This document shows, one piece after another, positions 1 through 10,945 of a stretch of DNA of 64,000 nucleotides. Source of the stretch: Yuukianura sp. NJ FZ-2021 (taxonomy: Eukaryota); NCBI GenBank assembly GCA_046563655.1, contig CM102285.1:7502001-7566000 (forward strand), in the 5' to 3' direction. Numbering within the stretch: position 1 is the stretch's first letter; every line of letters begins with the position of its first letter. The notes beneath the pieces are model-generated. The model had not been told where the DNA came from and did not search any database. It saw only the letters and a program-made list of their open reading frames with translations. The position numbers and the translations under genes are program-made.

Positions 1-172
1 AAAACCTTAATTCTAAACTTTAAACCAGAAAACCTTAAATCTAGAGTAAATCTAATCCAATTAAATCAGAAAAAGCTCACATCTAAAATTTAAATCAGAA
101 AATCTTAAACCTAGAATTAAATCGGAAAATCTTAAAACTAGAAATTAAATCGGGAAATCTTACAACTAGAAC
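1..172. repeat. Degenerate ~29-bp tandem repeat in the 3' non-coding region of the BEL element
   Basis: Recurring AAATC(A/G)GAAAATCTTAAA(A/C)CTAGA(A)ATT units. Confidence 0.7.
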
Positions 173-199
173 TTATCCGAATCCAGTTCCGATGTCTTC

Positions 200-1072
200 T
201 CAATTTCCAAAACGTTCCGGTTTCTTCACAGTACGTCCAGATTTAGTCACAACCGGTACTTCAGCTTGAATGTCGCCTGCTTCCTCTTCATCGTAGTCAA
301 TGGTCGTCTCATGCTTGCGTTTCTGCTTTCCAGTCGGCTTACGAGCATCTCCGACTGTCTTCTTGTCCCCAATCGGCTCACGAACATCTCCGACTTTCTC
401 CGGATCAGCTTCTTCAGCTGGTAGCTCGTCCCTCCTCACTTCCAAAGGCACTAAACGTTGAATTGGACGAGTCAGGATTCCAGTTTTCGTCCGAACTTTT
501 GCGACACGAATTTCCCCGTCATTGCCAGGAATCAGCTCAACGATCTTCGCCATTGGCCACAGAATCTTTTTCACTTTGTCCAATCCCACAATGACGATCT
601 CCCCAACTTCAAATTGTCGAATCGTCTTTTCGTTGCCCCGCTGAACAAGTTGGCCCAAATAATCACTTCTAAATGCCTCCTTCAGTTCAGCCAGTAGTTT
701 GCCCAGTTGTCGTTTCTTGTCGTGTAGAGATGGTACTTTCACTGTAGATGCTTCTGGAACTTCACTTTCTGGTAAGTCGTGAAGGAACATTGCTGGAGTG
801 ATTGACACAAAGTCATCCTGATCCTCCGTGACGTATGTTAGTGGACGGTGATTCACAGCTGATTCCACTTCACACAAAGCAGTCTCTAACTGTACATACG
901 TCAATTTGGCGAATCCCAGCATCCTTCTTAGCAGATCCTTCACGCTACTAACCAGTCGTTCCCACCATCCTCCCCACCATGGTGCAGATGGAGGGTTAAA
1001 CACCCACTTCACACGATGAACTTGAGTTTTCTTTTCCACTGAGTCCCAGTTGATACTTTTGAACAAGTTCAC
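200..1072 (-). CDS. BEL/Pao integrase core and C-terminal ORF fragment
   Basis: WVFNPPSAPWWGGWWERLV, EVESAVNHRPLT, WPMAKIVELIPGNDG, RPIQRLVPLE. Confidence 0.9.
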   Translation of the reverse strand: MNLFKSINWDSVEKKTQVHRVKWVFNPPSAPWWGGWWERLVSSVKDLLRRMLGFAKLTYVQLETALCEVESAVNHRPLTYVTEDQDDFVSITPAMFLHDLPESEVPEASTVKVPSLHDKKRQLGKLLAELKEAFRSDYLGQLVQRGNEKTIRQFEVGEIVIVGLDKVKKILWPMAKIVELIPGNDGEIRVAKVRTKTGILTRPIQRLVPLEVRRDELPAEEADPEKVGDVREPIGDKKTVGDARKPTGKQKRKHETTIDYDEEEAGDIQAEVPVVTKSGRTVKKPERFGN

Positions 1073-1126
1073 GGCTCCGACGAAGTTGGTGCCGTTGTCT
1101 GTGTAAACGATGGTTGGTCTCTGTCT

Positions 1127-2665
1127 TCACTTGCTGAATCTAATAAACGACAAAATAAAATCTTCAGTTGACAGAGATTCAACCAACTCCAAATGAATGG
1201 CACGGTACACAGCACAAGTAAAAAGCACAATATAAACTTTGTCTTTGTTCTTAAGTGTCAATGGGCCTGCCAGGTCAATTCCAGTGACCTCAAATGCTCT
1301 TGCGTCTCTGACTCTTGGTTCCGGTAGTGGACAGATTCTGCTTTCCCCTTTCTTCCCATCAAATCTGGTGCATCTGACGCACTTCCGGATGACTTTCTTG
1401 ATGGCTCTGCGACTTTGAACTATCCAAAACTTCTCTCTGAGTTTAGCCATCATCAGCTGAGTCCCACCGTGAGAATTAAGTTCATGGGTCTCCTTAATAA
1501 TCAGAGTCACGAATGGATGAAAGTTTGGTAGTAAGATAGGACGACGGAACAAATCACTGTCTTGACGATTGGTGATCTTCGTTCTCACTCTAATGATTTC
1601 GTCAGTGTCCTTCTCCACTCTGAGTCCCTCAATGACACTTTTCTGAGTAGAAAACGATTCCAACTGCACAATTTTGATGAATCGACGTTCCACACAGTCT
1701 AATTCTTCTGCCGTTGGTCGTATGCTGTTCTCTCGTTGTCCAATCTTCCGTGTGTTGTTCAGGAACCGGAAAACAAATGCCAAAACACGCAGATTAGAAC
1801 TGTAATTGTTTTTCACAACATACCAAGGCCTAAAATCAGCAGTAACATTGAGAGTCGAGATTCCCCTTTTCCTCTCCTGGTCGACTGCTTCTTCGTCTGT
1901 CGGTTCTTCTGCCAGTGGCCACAATTCCTTTTGCAGTCGTAACCAACCGGGTCCTTCCCACCATCTCGACTCGACAAATTTGGTGGGGGTGATACCCCTG
2001 GAAGGTAAGTCGGCTGGATTATGTATCCCTGGAATGTGATGCCACTGCGATGACTGGGTCAACTGACAAATCTCTTTCACCCTGTTGCCTACGAAAGTCC
2101 CCCATTCGTTGCTCCTCTTGATCCATGAAAGTGCAGTAGTGGAATCTGACCAAAAGTAGCATGGGACGTTGTCCAAATTCAGGGCCGTCTTCACTGACAT
2201 TGCCAGTCTTGCCGATATGGTGCATGCGAGTAGCTCTAGGCGTGGAATTGAAGCTCCCTTGATAGGAGCAACTCTGGATTTTGCCTGTAGAAGATGAACT
2301 TTGACACCTTCCCTCGTTTCCACTCGTAAATACAGCACTGTAGCGTATGCTTTCTTGCTGGCATCTCCGAAAATGTGAAGTTGGTAATTGCCAAAGTCAT
2401 TGATCTTGTCCCCACTGACATCTCTGCGTAATTTGACTTTGTCCATGACTTGAGAGAGTTCAATTGACCAGTTCACAAATTCGTTCACAATGTTAGCAGT
2501 TACTTCATCGTCCCAATTCTTGTCTTCTACCCAGGCCTGTTGCATGAGGATCCTCGGAACGATGAGCACTGGTGACCAAAGTCCAAGGGGGCAAATACCT
2601 CTGTAAAGAAGACAAAATAACACGTTTAGTGATTTTGCTAGGTATTTCAGTAGGAATGACGTCAC
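1127..2665 (-). CDS. BEL/Pao RNase H (peptidase A17-type region) and integrase N-terminal ORF fragment
   Basis: LHIFGDASKKAY, AKSRVAP, IPRLELLA, WSDST, NPADLPSRG, H..H..C..C zinc motif, GIDLAGP. Confidence 0.9.
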   Translation of the reverse strand: MTSFLLKYLAKSLNVLFCLLYRGICPLGLWSPVLIVPRILMQQAWVEDKNWDDEVTANIVNEFVNWSIELSQVMDKVKLRRDVSGDKINDFGNYQLHIFGDASKKAYATVLYLRVETREGVKVHLLQAKSRVAPIKGASIPRLELLACTISARLAMSVKTALNLDNVPCYFWSDSTTALSWIKRSNEWGTFVGNRVKEICQLTQSSQWHHIPGIHNPADLPSRGITPTKFVESRWWEGPGWLRLQKELWPLAEEPTDEEAVDQERKRGISTLNVTADFRPWYVVKNNYSSNLRVLAFVFRFLNNTRKIGQRENSIRPTAEELDCVERRFIKIVQLESFSTQKSVIEGLRVEKDTDEIIRVRTKITNRQDSDLFRRPILLPNFHPFVTLIIKETHELNSHGGTQLMMAKLREKFWIVQSRRAIKKVIRKCVRCTRFDGKKGESRICPLPEPRVRDARAFEVTGIDLAGPLTLKNKDKVYIVLFTCAVYRAIHLELVESLSTEDFILSFIRFSK

Positions 2666-5420
2666 AAAACAAACTATCTTCGTCCTTGTCCCACTTTAAC
2701 CCCAAAACGTTAGTCACACACTGATCTTCACAACTACCACTTCTTTTCCACTGTCGAAGCTCCATCTTTGCAGTAGACAAAATTCCTGTAGACACTTTTT
2801 TAACCGTTTCAAACTCTTTCACTGTGTCCACTGCCAAAACCAAATTGTCCACGTACAAAGATTTGATGATGTGGCTTACGACCGATGGATTTTCGCCGTG
2901 ATGCTGGTTCAAATGATGAAAAATAACTGCACCCAGTAGAAATGGGCTACAGTTCATGCCGAACACCACTCTGTTGTGCCTGTAAATTTTAACGTTCTTA
3001 CGTTCTACATCGTCATACCACAGGAATCTGATGAAGTCCCTGTCCTCCGGATGAACTTCAATCATCAAAAATGCCTTCCGAATGTCTGCGATGATCCCAA
3101 TTTTCCCCATCCAAAATCGCAGTAAAATTGACGGGATGAGATCCAGTAAATTCGGGCCTTTCTCCAGGCATTCATTGAGAGACGGGTGTCTTCCTACTTT
3201 GCACGATGCATCGAAGACGGGACGAACTGGAGTAGTAACACTATTTTTGAAGACAGCACGATGAGGCAAAAAATGACACTTCGTGTTCCCACCGTCTGCT
3301 TCATCCTTGACCACGGAAATGATCCCCTCAGCCTCCCAATCGTTGAAAACTTTCTCGTAGTCTGAGTATTTTCCATTTGACATCAATTTCCGGGTCGTGT
3401 TCTCTAGTCGTTTCATCACAACTTCACGATTTGACGGTAGCACTGGGGTTTGACTAATCCACGGAAGTCTGACAGAATATCTCCCATTTTGATCACGACT
3501 CACGGTCTTCTGAAAATGTTCCAGTGCTTCTTGTTCATGCTGTTCTTTTGACATTTTCTCCACAGGGTCACGGATACCGAGTGTGTCCAAACTCCAGAGT
3601 TGACTGACGGTTGAATTGGAAACTGTCATAGAAAAAACAGACATAATTAGTTCATTTGAAAGTTTTCGTCTGTCAATTTCCCCCATCACTGCCCATCCAA
3701 GTTGAGTTTCAGTTGCAGTGAGTCCGTTCTGCAAACGCTGGATCTTCCCTGTCAAAATGTCACCTAAAATGTCCGCACCAATTAGAAATTCAATTTCTGT
3801 GGGGTTACGCTCGTCCAAGTCATTAACGAAAATTCCGAGTCGTTTCAACTCCCCGATCCATGGACCTTTCGTTACACGAGGTAACGATCCACACAATGAT
3901 TCATGGTCCATCACTTTCACATTTAGACAAAACGAACCGTGAACACTCTGCACCTGGAAGTCGTAAACAAAATGAGGCACATTACGCACTTCCGTTCCAC
4001 CAAACAACTGATGATTAATTGAGAGAGTGTCAACTGGTTCCAAATTCAAGTCCAATGCCGTTTTCTTCAGGAGGTAGCTCCGTTGTGACCCGCAGTCAAT
4101 TAGGACACGAACAGTCTTCGTCTTCTGACTTGTAGGATTCACCAGTCTGACCATCATCGTCTGTAAAATAACTTCATTCGTACAGTTGAGGTTAGACTGT
4201 GTGGTGACATCCGTCTTCTTCTGTTCGTCCTTCTGAACATTCCTCGGATTCTGCGGACACTGTAGTAGCTCGTCGGTGCACAATGGGCACTTAATGTTCG
4301 CTTTGCATGATTTGGACATATGCCCCGGTTTTAGGCATACGAAACAGGCCCCCTTCTTCTTCAACTTGTCACCCCGTTCATTCTTCGTCATTTTCTGTGC
4401 TGCATAGCAGTCTTTGGACGAATGTGACTTGTCACAGAAGACGCACGATGGTTTTGAATTTCCACTGAAGAGACCGGCAGCGGTAGGAAAATTTTCATCA
4501 GTTGACTTGACTTTTCTGGTTTCTTTCTTCTTGTCAGCTGATTCGAAGCCGCTCCGTGCCAGTTTTCGGTGTTCTTCGTTTTCAATTTCCAAACGGAGAA
4601 AATCCATAAGGAAATCCATTTCAGTTTTCGGTGGTGTAAGTACGGATCCGTCTGCACCAAAATTCGGACTCCGTTGCCATGCGACCAAAATTTCCTCTGG
4701 AAGACTTGATTCTACCATCGGGAACAGAACTACTTCCATGGCCTCCACCGACAGATTAAGTGACTCCAACGAACGAAGATGCGAGATCAACCGGTCGTAC
4801 AATGAAGACAAAGTCACTTTCTCACGAACACGAAGTAAAATCATGGAGATGACTTCCCGTACGTAGTACTGCTGTAGGAGTTTCGTTTTACCAAAACGAT
4901 TTTTCAAGGCCTCAATCGCCTTCTGATAATTTTTCTTCGATTGAGGGTAGCCCTTGATCAGTTCCTCAGCCCTTGATCCTTTCTCCATGCTCTGAATAAG
5001 ATAAGTAAACTTATCAGATTCATCTAAATCTTCATCCAAGTGAATCTTCTCAAATTGCCCCCACCACCCGAGCCAGTCTTTCAAGTCTCCTCCGAATTTT
5101 GCAAGTTCAATTTTAGGATACTTGATCGTTTTCTGCCGATGTGTGGTTGAGCAGTTTTCACTTGGGTCATGCACACTGCTGTGATGTGACTGCGGATAGA
5201 AGATAGCGTTGACTCTGACACGCACAGCACTCACTTTCAGTTGATACTCTTGAGTGTGTGTCAACTCTTCATCCAGCATCTCATCCGTAGTTGAATCAGA
5301 ATCCAACATCATGGACTTGACAGTGTCATCTGCTTCGTTCAGTTTGATAAACTGGCCTTCAAGTACTGCGAGAATGGTTTCCAATTGTGAATTGTCTTTC
5401 TTCTCCTTCTCCAGTTCCAA
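2505..5420 (-). CDS. BEL/Pao gag (Zn knuckles), aspartic protease and reverse transcriptase ORF fragment
   Basis: CVFCDKSHSSKDC and CFVCLKPGHMSKSC knuckles, LIDCGSQRSY, ADIRKAFL, RVVFGMNCSPFLL, YVDN. Confidence 0.9.
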   Translation of the reverse strand: MELEKEKKDNSQLETILAVLEGQFIKLNEADDTVKSMMLDSDSTTDEMLDEELTHTQEYQLKVSAVRVRVNAIFYPQSHHSSVHDPSENCSTTHRQKTIKYPKIELAKFGGDLKDWLGWWGQFEKIHLDEDLDESDKFTYLIQSMEKGSRAEELIKGYPQSKKNYQKAIEALKNRFGKTKLLQQYYVREVISMILLRVREKVTLSSLYDRLISHLRSLESLNLSVEAMEVVLFPMVESSLPEEILVAWQRSPNFGADGSVLTPPKTEMDFLMDFLRLEIENEEHRKLARSGFESADKKKETRKVKSTDENFPTAAGLFSGNSKPSCVFCDKSHSSKDCYAAQKMTKNERGDKLKKKGACFVCLKPGHMSKSCKANIKCPLCTDELLQCPQNPRNVQKDEQKKTDVTTQSNLNCTNEVILQTMMVRLVNPTSQKTKTVRVLIDCGSQRSYLLKKTALDLNLEPVDTLSINHQLFGGTEVRNVPHFVYDFQVQSVHGSFCLNVKVMDHESLCGSLPRVTKGPWIGELKRLGIFVNDLDERNPTEIEFLIGADILGDILTGKIQRLQNGLTATETQLGWAVMGEIDRRKLSNELIMSVFSMTVSNSTVSQLWSLDTLGIRDPVEKMSKEQHEQEALEHFQKTVSRDQNGRYSVRLPWISQTPVLPSNREVVMKRLENTTRKLMSNGKYSDYEKVFNDWEAEGIISVVKDEADGGNTKCHFLPHRAVFKNSVTTPVRPVFDASCKVGRHPSLNECLEKGPNLLDLIPSILLRFWMGKIGIIADIRKAFLMIEVHPEDRDFIRFLWYDDVERKNVKIYRHNRVVFGMNCSPFLLGAVIFHHLNQHHGENPSVVSHIIKSLYVDNLVLAVDTVKEFETVKKVSTGILSTAKMELRQWKRSGSCEDQCVTNVLGLKWDKDEDSLFCDVIPTEIPSKITKRVILSSLQRYLPPWTLVTSAHRSEDPHATGLGRRQELGR

Positions 5421-5432
5421 ATTGAGAGAGTT

Positions 5433-5850
5433 TGAAGTGGCTGCTCGTCCATCATCCTATTGTTTAGTATATGATTAGTTAGTTTAGAGATTAGGTTAGG
5501 GTGAGATGAGATGAGGATGTGTTTTGTGGGAGATTTGAAGAGAGGCGAGGTGGAGAGCAAGTTAGGATTTGTATAGAGTTTCAGATTCAGTCTGGATTGT
5601 GCTTGGGGAGAAGAGGGAGATCAGTGTACAGAGTACGAGAGAGATTAGTAGTTTCCAGTGATGTTCACATTTATTCTTACTGCTTATTAAATATATCTTA
5701 TATATTTAACCGCAGATGTGGTTTTGGTGTGTCAGCGAGTTCACTGATTGATTTGGTTAGTTGATGAGTCTGCGGACTCAGAGTTTATTTGGAGTCTGAG
5801 AGCGTGGCTGCGGCCATATTGGATTGGAGTAGCGGTGTGAGGACGCTACA
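5433..5850. mobile_element. Solo LTR inserted in the BEL gag
   Basis: TG...CA ends; 4-bp TSD AGTT at 5429-5432 and 5851-5854; removing it restores the gag frame (...TKLVN-SLNLELEKEKK). Confidence 0.85.
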
Positions 5851-6331
5851 AGTTCACCAGTTTCGTGACAGCTGACCGAAGTAGTCTTCTTTCTTTCTTA
5901 AGTTTGTCCATCGTTCGTGCAAATAAAAGAAGAAATAACGAACGATTAGTTACCAGGTACCAACGATTAGTACAGAACGATCTGTACCTGGTTCAATCCC
6001 GTTCCGGTAGGGATACACCTCGACGTAAACGTTTGGTTTAATTGAAGTACGTAGATTCCAAGTCTCGTCTCGTCAGATCAATTTGATTCCCAAAGTCCGA
6101 TCAGGTATGGCTCCGTCAATCCAATTCAAATCAAAGATTCTCGATTAGTAATGATCAGTTTCAAAATCAGTTGGAAAGCTATCACCTCAATCAATCCCAC
6201 TCCGGCAGGGATACGCCTCGATGTAAACAGTTGTTTTATGTGATGACCGATCCACTTCCGTCAATTAGCAGCTTCCAGTATCCCGTATGTCAAGGTTAAA
6301 GCCACAAGTAGTCCGGCCAGGGTCAACAAAA

Positions 6332-6688
6332 TGTTGAATAAACGAGCCAATTTCAACTTAGGCACTGATCAACTACCCGTTGATCTGTGGCTATCTAATT
6401 CCGAACACTCTAACCTTTGACAAGTGAAAACTGAAAAGTCTGCCTGATCTTTGATTTGTTTATGTTTATTTTACTTTTAAATCAATGCCAAATTAATCAA
6501 CTCAGGAATCTAATTAGAGCCAAATTCCTTACTGCTTATCGGATCTTCAAGTACTTACTACTAAAGTTCCCTCTTTTTTCCACTAGCAGTCGAAAAGGAA
6601 ACGACGCTATCCCTTTTCAAATAATTTTAGCGCCGCCTTTCTCAAATTTCCAAAATAGTCAAAATAAAAAATAGCCATATTTCTAACA
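6332..6688 (-). repeat. 5' LTR of the BEL/Pao element (357 bp)
   Basis: On the - strand TGTTAGAA...TTCAACA, AATAAA near 6465-6470, followed by a PBS-like TTTTGTTGACCCTGGCCGGACT; partner LTR not in window. Confidence 0.75.
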
Positions 6689-7193
6689 CAACCATCTGGG
6701 TTTTTCCTCAAAAAGACGCTATGTTTTCAGATTTTTTAAAAAATCGGGCAGCACCCGTAAATTTTTTTTGAAAATGAGCCTCTAGGCTTAATTTGATGAC
6801 CCCTGACTGTCAAGGGGTATGTTTCGCTTCTGTGCTGTAGAAGGAAGAGGAGAAAAAGGCAAAAGAACTGTATTTTTAAAATGATTTTAATGTTTTTGGG
6901 TTTTTAACTTTTTAACGTTTTTGATTTTTTAACTTTTCAAGTTTTTAGCAATTTAGACTTTAATTTTTTTAACGCTATGGCTTCCCATCTTTGCTCCATT
7001 TAATGAAAGTTTGAATTTTTTTCAGATTTAGGTGAAATTGAAATAGCGATTTTCGAATTTTGAGAATTTTTCCAAGTTTTTATGTTTTGTTAGGTTTCAC
7101 ATTTCTTGATTTCTTTGTCTCTGGGATGCAGTCGTTTTCGCTTCACGGTCGCCACGTGTGTCAACTCGGGGAAGCAACCTGTGACCTCCGGTG

Positions 7194-9061
7194 CATACCT
7201 CGGAGATTTTCGCTCAAAATTTGTCGCACCGCTCCGCTCAGGCGTCGCTCACAGCGAAAATTGCTTAGCGGAGGGGAACGAACGTGTAACCAAGCTGAGC
7301 AAACCGAAATTGAGCGGAACGGTAGTCTAGAGCGTTGAACGGAGCGGTCGTTGAGAGGAACGGCGGTTTGAACGCCTAAGCGGAGCGATGATTAAGCTGA
7401 ACGAGAATTTCAAATTTATTCCTGAGCTGAGCGGAGCGGAGCGAATTTTTTTTTTGTCTTATCTGAAGTGAGTGGAACGGAAAGAAAAGCCGTTATGCTG
7501 AGTGGAGCGAACAGTCCACAGAGAATTTATCCGACAGAGCCGAGCGGAGCTGAGCGAGAACATTCGTACCACTGAGCGGAGCGTAACGAGAAATTACTTG
7601 TGGAGCGAAGATCGCTCCGCTCAGAGTTTATTAACATCTATTTTATGCTGAGCGGAGCGAAGAGCGTTCCGCTCAGAATACACAAATCTAAACTTGTTCT
7701 GAGCGTAGCGAAGATCGTTCCGCTCAGAAGTTACTAACTTGTCAATTTTGGAGTTAATTCAAACCCACAGCATGAGATACTTGTCCAAACAACTCTTTAT
7801 GTGACTTTGTACATTGACTTTAACTTTTGTGTTGAAATTTGAATTAATTTGAAATATGATATGCTAATAGTAATTTTGTAATAGTAAACAGACGTGCCAA
7901 AAATATTTAGTTCCATGTCTACAGTGGGTATATTAGCAAATACATATTTCAGGTCTGTTTGTTGCTGAATATTTATTTATTCTCCCATGCCCTTAACGGT
8001 TACTGCTGTATATTTTTACGGGTCGGGCAATTTTTTATGTTTCAGTGAAAAAGAATGAAATAAATGAGCAAACTGAAAAATTGAAAAAAAGTACAGATGT
8101 TTTGTTTAGTTAATTTCTTGCACTTGTAGGTTTTCTTCGTTTAGGGTTTTTTTTCAGTTAATTTCAGTTTTTTTTCACTTGCCACTGAAAGTGAAATATT
8201 TCACTTCTAACACTGTTAACGGTTGGTAAATATTTGCACCTTTTTCAGTAAATTTTGGAGTTATTTAAATACTACTTCGATGGTTTTCAATAAATATTTT
8301 TGGCAAGTCTGATAATAATGATTAACTCGAAAGATATCAAACGACATTAAATGGTCGGTTCAGACAGGCGCGTCTGTCACCCTATATCACGCGACTTTTT
8401 AGATAAGAAAGTCAAAGCAATAATTATAATAAGTCAAGGCAATAATAAGGCCAAAATAAGGCTTAAGAAATGATGACGTGCTACCCAGGCGTAGTTAATT
8501 AGTAGTTAGTTCCGAAAGGATACGGTTCCACGCCATTGGTTCGCAAGCTTTTAAACGAATTCGATTTTGAACTAATGCTGTAGTTCCATAGCATTTGGAT
8601 GCCGAAACATAAAATTGAATCTGAGCTGCGCGAAGTTCTGAGCTGGACGAATTTCTTAGCGGAGCTGAACGGAACGGTGTCATTCGCAGTATTCTGCTGA
8701 GCTGAGCAGACCAGTGCGAAAATTTTTGGGCAAAAGTGGAGCGGAGCGGCTGAGCGATACACTGTTTCCAAATGAACCTGAGCGAACGATGCTGAGCTAT
8801 GCTTTCTAAGTTAAAGCTGAGCTGAACGGAGGGAATTTTTTTCTCGATCCATCTGAGCTGGGCGGAGCGGAGTGGATGTATAATCGCTCAGCTCTGAGCT
8901 AAGCTGAGCGGAGCGAAAGTTTTGCTGTATTAGTTTGAGCGGAGCGGAATGGAGAACGGTGTGTGGAGATGACAGAGCTGAGCTGAACGGAGCTGAGCGA
9001 TTGTCAAATCACCACCAATTGAGCGGAGCGGAGCGAAACCCTGAGCTACTGCCGAGGTCTG
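7194..9061. mobile_element. Non-autonomous hAT-like DNA transposon
   Basis: 8-bp TSD CTCCGGTG (7186-7193, 9062-9069); TIR CATACCTCGG / CCGAGGTCTG; many subterminal CTGAGCGGAGCG repeats at both ends; no transposase ORF. Confidence 0.85.
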
Positions 9062-9253
9062 CTCCGGTGTATGCTGGATGCTGATACGGATGCTGGAGGA
9101 ATGAAGTGGACGGAGACAGAACAGACAAGACTAGATGATGAGCCAAGTGAGGGTTTATTCAGACTGAGAATATGAGTGTGTGTGTATTGTGTGCCGTATC
9201 CTAATTTATCCTATGGGGCGTGAGTGGGGTGCGGTACAGGGTCCACAACTATG

Positions 9254-10945
9254 GGGGGAGATTTGCTGATAAACCATATGATTTTTTCCGCAACAGGAAT
9301 ACCAAAAAACGGGCAATCCCTGTTGCGGAGAATCCTGTTGCGTCAAATCGTGACAGTCATTTTCTGTTGCGAAAATTCCTGACAGTCATTTCTTTTTTTA
9401 GAATTCAAGTTTATTTATTTTCATTTAATATTTGTTTTTTGTTTACCAAATTCTAACTGCCCCCACACACGTGGCTTTACGCAATTTAGAATCTAATTTT
9501 AGTTGGTTATTGATGTTTTTTTTTGTTTTTTTTTTCTAACCTAGGTATCTTACAAGACCTAAACCTAAGTAATTGCAATAACTAATACTATAGTAATTAA
9601 AGTAACTAAGGCGGACGAAGGTTGTTGATGTCGAAAACACATTTCGATTCCTGGTGTCCAAAACACATCTCGAATTTTTTTTGCAACAGAAAGTGAGGAC
9701 CAGAATTTTCTACATGGAATTGGCTCTCAGCTTTTTTTTTTTGCAGTAGGAATTAACTGTCGGCATTTTTCGCAACAGAAATTAGACGTCAGCATTTTTC
9801 GCGACAGAAATTAGCTACCAGGAAGCTTACTTATAAACATAGGCTAGCCTAAGTTTGGCATAGCTTAAGTTTACCCGAATCACTTACCGCACTCAGAATT
9901 CCGTACTTATGAAACACTTTTCCTCATTGTGGTAGATTTAAGGAACTTTTCTCCGAGTTAGGTGAGGTGGAGAGGTTGGAGGGGAGTACGCAGACTCCGC
10001 AGCTCCAAAACATTTCAATTTCAAAACAAAACAGAGATCAGCCGCTTCATCATGTTTATGACAATAGCCATTGCCACTGATTATTATAACCACTAATCAT
10101 TCAACAATGGCCATATCGATAACTATTTTGTTTAACAGAGTTCCGAATGGGAACCCACTGACCATGACATGCTCCTAACCAAATAGAGCTCCCTTCAGCT
10201 AACCTACACAGCACCTTATGATAATGTAATGAAGATGACAACTAGCGATAACGATTAGTGACCTTTGACAATCTGCTGGATGACAATCTAATTGAATGGT
10301 GACTTCACATTCGCAAATTGACGTTTATTGTCCAAATTAACGGGTTCCTTACGGGAACCCAATTGTTATTACCTAGTACAAATGGAAGTGAGCTCCTCAT
10401 GAACGTAGTGATGATAATGATGACCTCACAAGCCAGTTTAACTTCACAAACTACTAACATCACCTTATTTAACCGCAAAGTACCTTAAATTAGTTAAATT
10501 TACTATTAGTTACATTGTGAACTCTATTTGAAGTGCTAGAAGATTGACTACGGTAACTTTAGAGCACCCCTCGAGAATCCGTAGATTTGTCACATACGTC
10601 ACAGTACTCTCGAGGGGCGGACCTCTTCATAGGTAGCGATTTGGCTACCACGGGAAAGTTCTCTATGGAGAAACAAGAGGAAGAGAAAGGGGTGAGGTAG
10701 GAGCTGCAGCACTCTCTACCACACTCCTTACTCTTGCCGTACCAAATGCCGTAAATTTTTGAATTTTTTCCGCGGGCAGCTCTACCGCGGTCGGCTAAAG
10801 TGTTATAAGTAGACCTCCAGGATATTTCCCAACAGAAAATGACTGTACCGATTTGACGCAACAGGAATCTCCGCAACAGGAAGTGCCCGTTTTTTGGTAT
10901 TCCTGTTGCGGAAAAAATCCTGTTGTTTATCAGCAAATCTCCCCC
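9254..10945. mobile_element. Non-autonomous TIR element, PIF/Harbinger-like
   Basis: ~125-bp imperfect TIRs beginning GGGGGAGATTTGCTGATAAAC; 3-bp TSD ATG (9251-9253, 10946-10948); superfamily is an inference. Confidence 0.75.

Larger units (their letters stand above)
200..5911 (-). pseudogene. BEL/Pao gag-pol polyprotein, disrupted
   Basis: ATG at 5911 (MDKLKKERRLLRSAVTKLVN), interrupted by an insertion at 5433-5850; frameshift near 2600 (RVILSSLQR / ICPLGLWSP); in-frame TGA at 1127-1129 inside integrase (FIRFSK*RQRPTIVYTDNGTNFVG); ends at 200. Confidence 0.9.
1..6688 (-). mobile_element. BEL/Pao LTR retrotransposon, decayed; 3' LTR lies beyond the left window edge
   Basis: Gag-PR-RT-RNaseH-INT order with BEL/Pao motifs (FGGDLKDWLGWW gag, LIDCGSQRS protease, YVDN RT, FGDAS..AY/IPRLELL RNaseH, PSAPWWGGWWERL integrase); 5' LTR at 6332-6688. 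Confidence 0.95.

Noticed and set aside
7180..9247. Possible solo LTR (TGTGACC...GGTCCACA) interrupted by the hAT element
   Set aside because: LTR-like ends and composition, but no matching TSD on the two sides.
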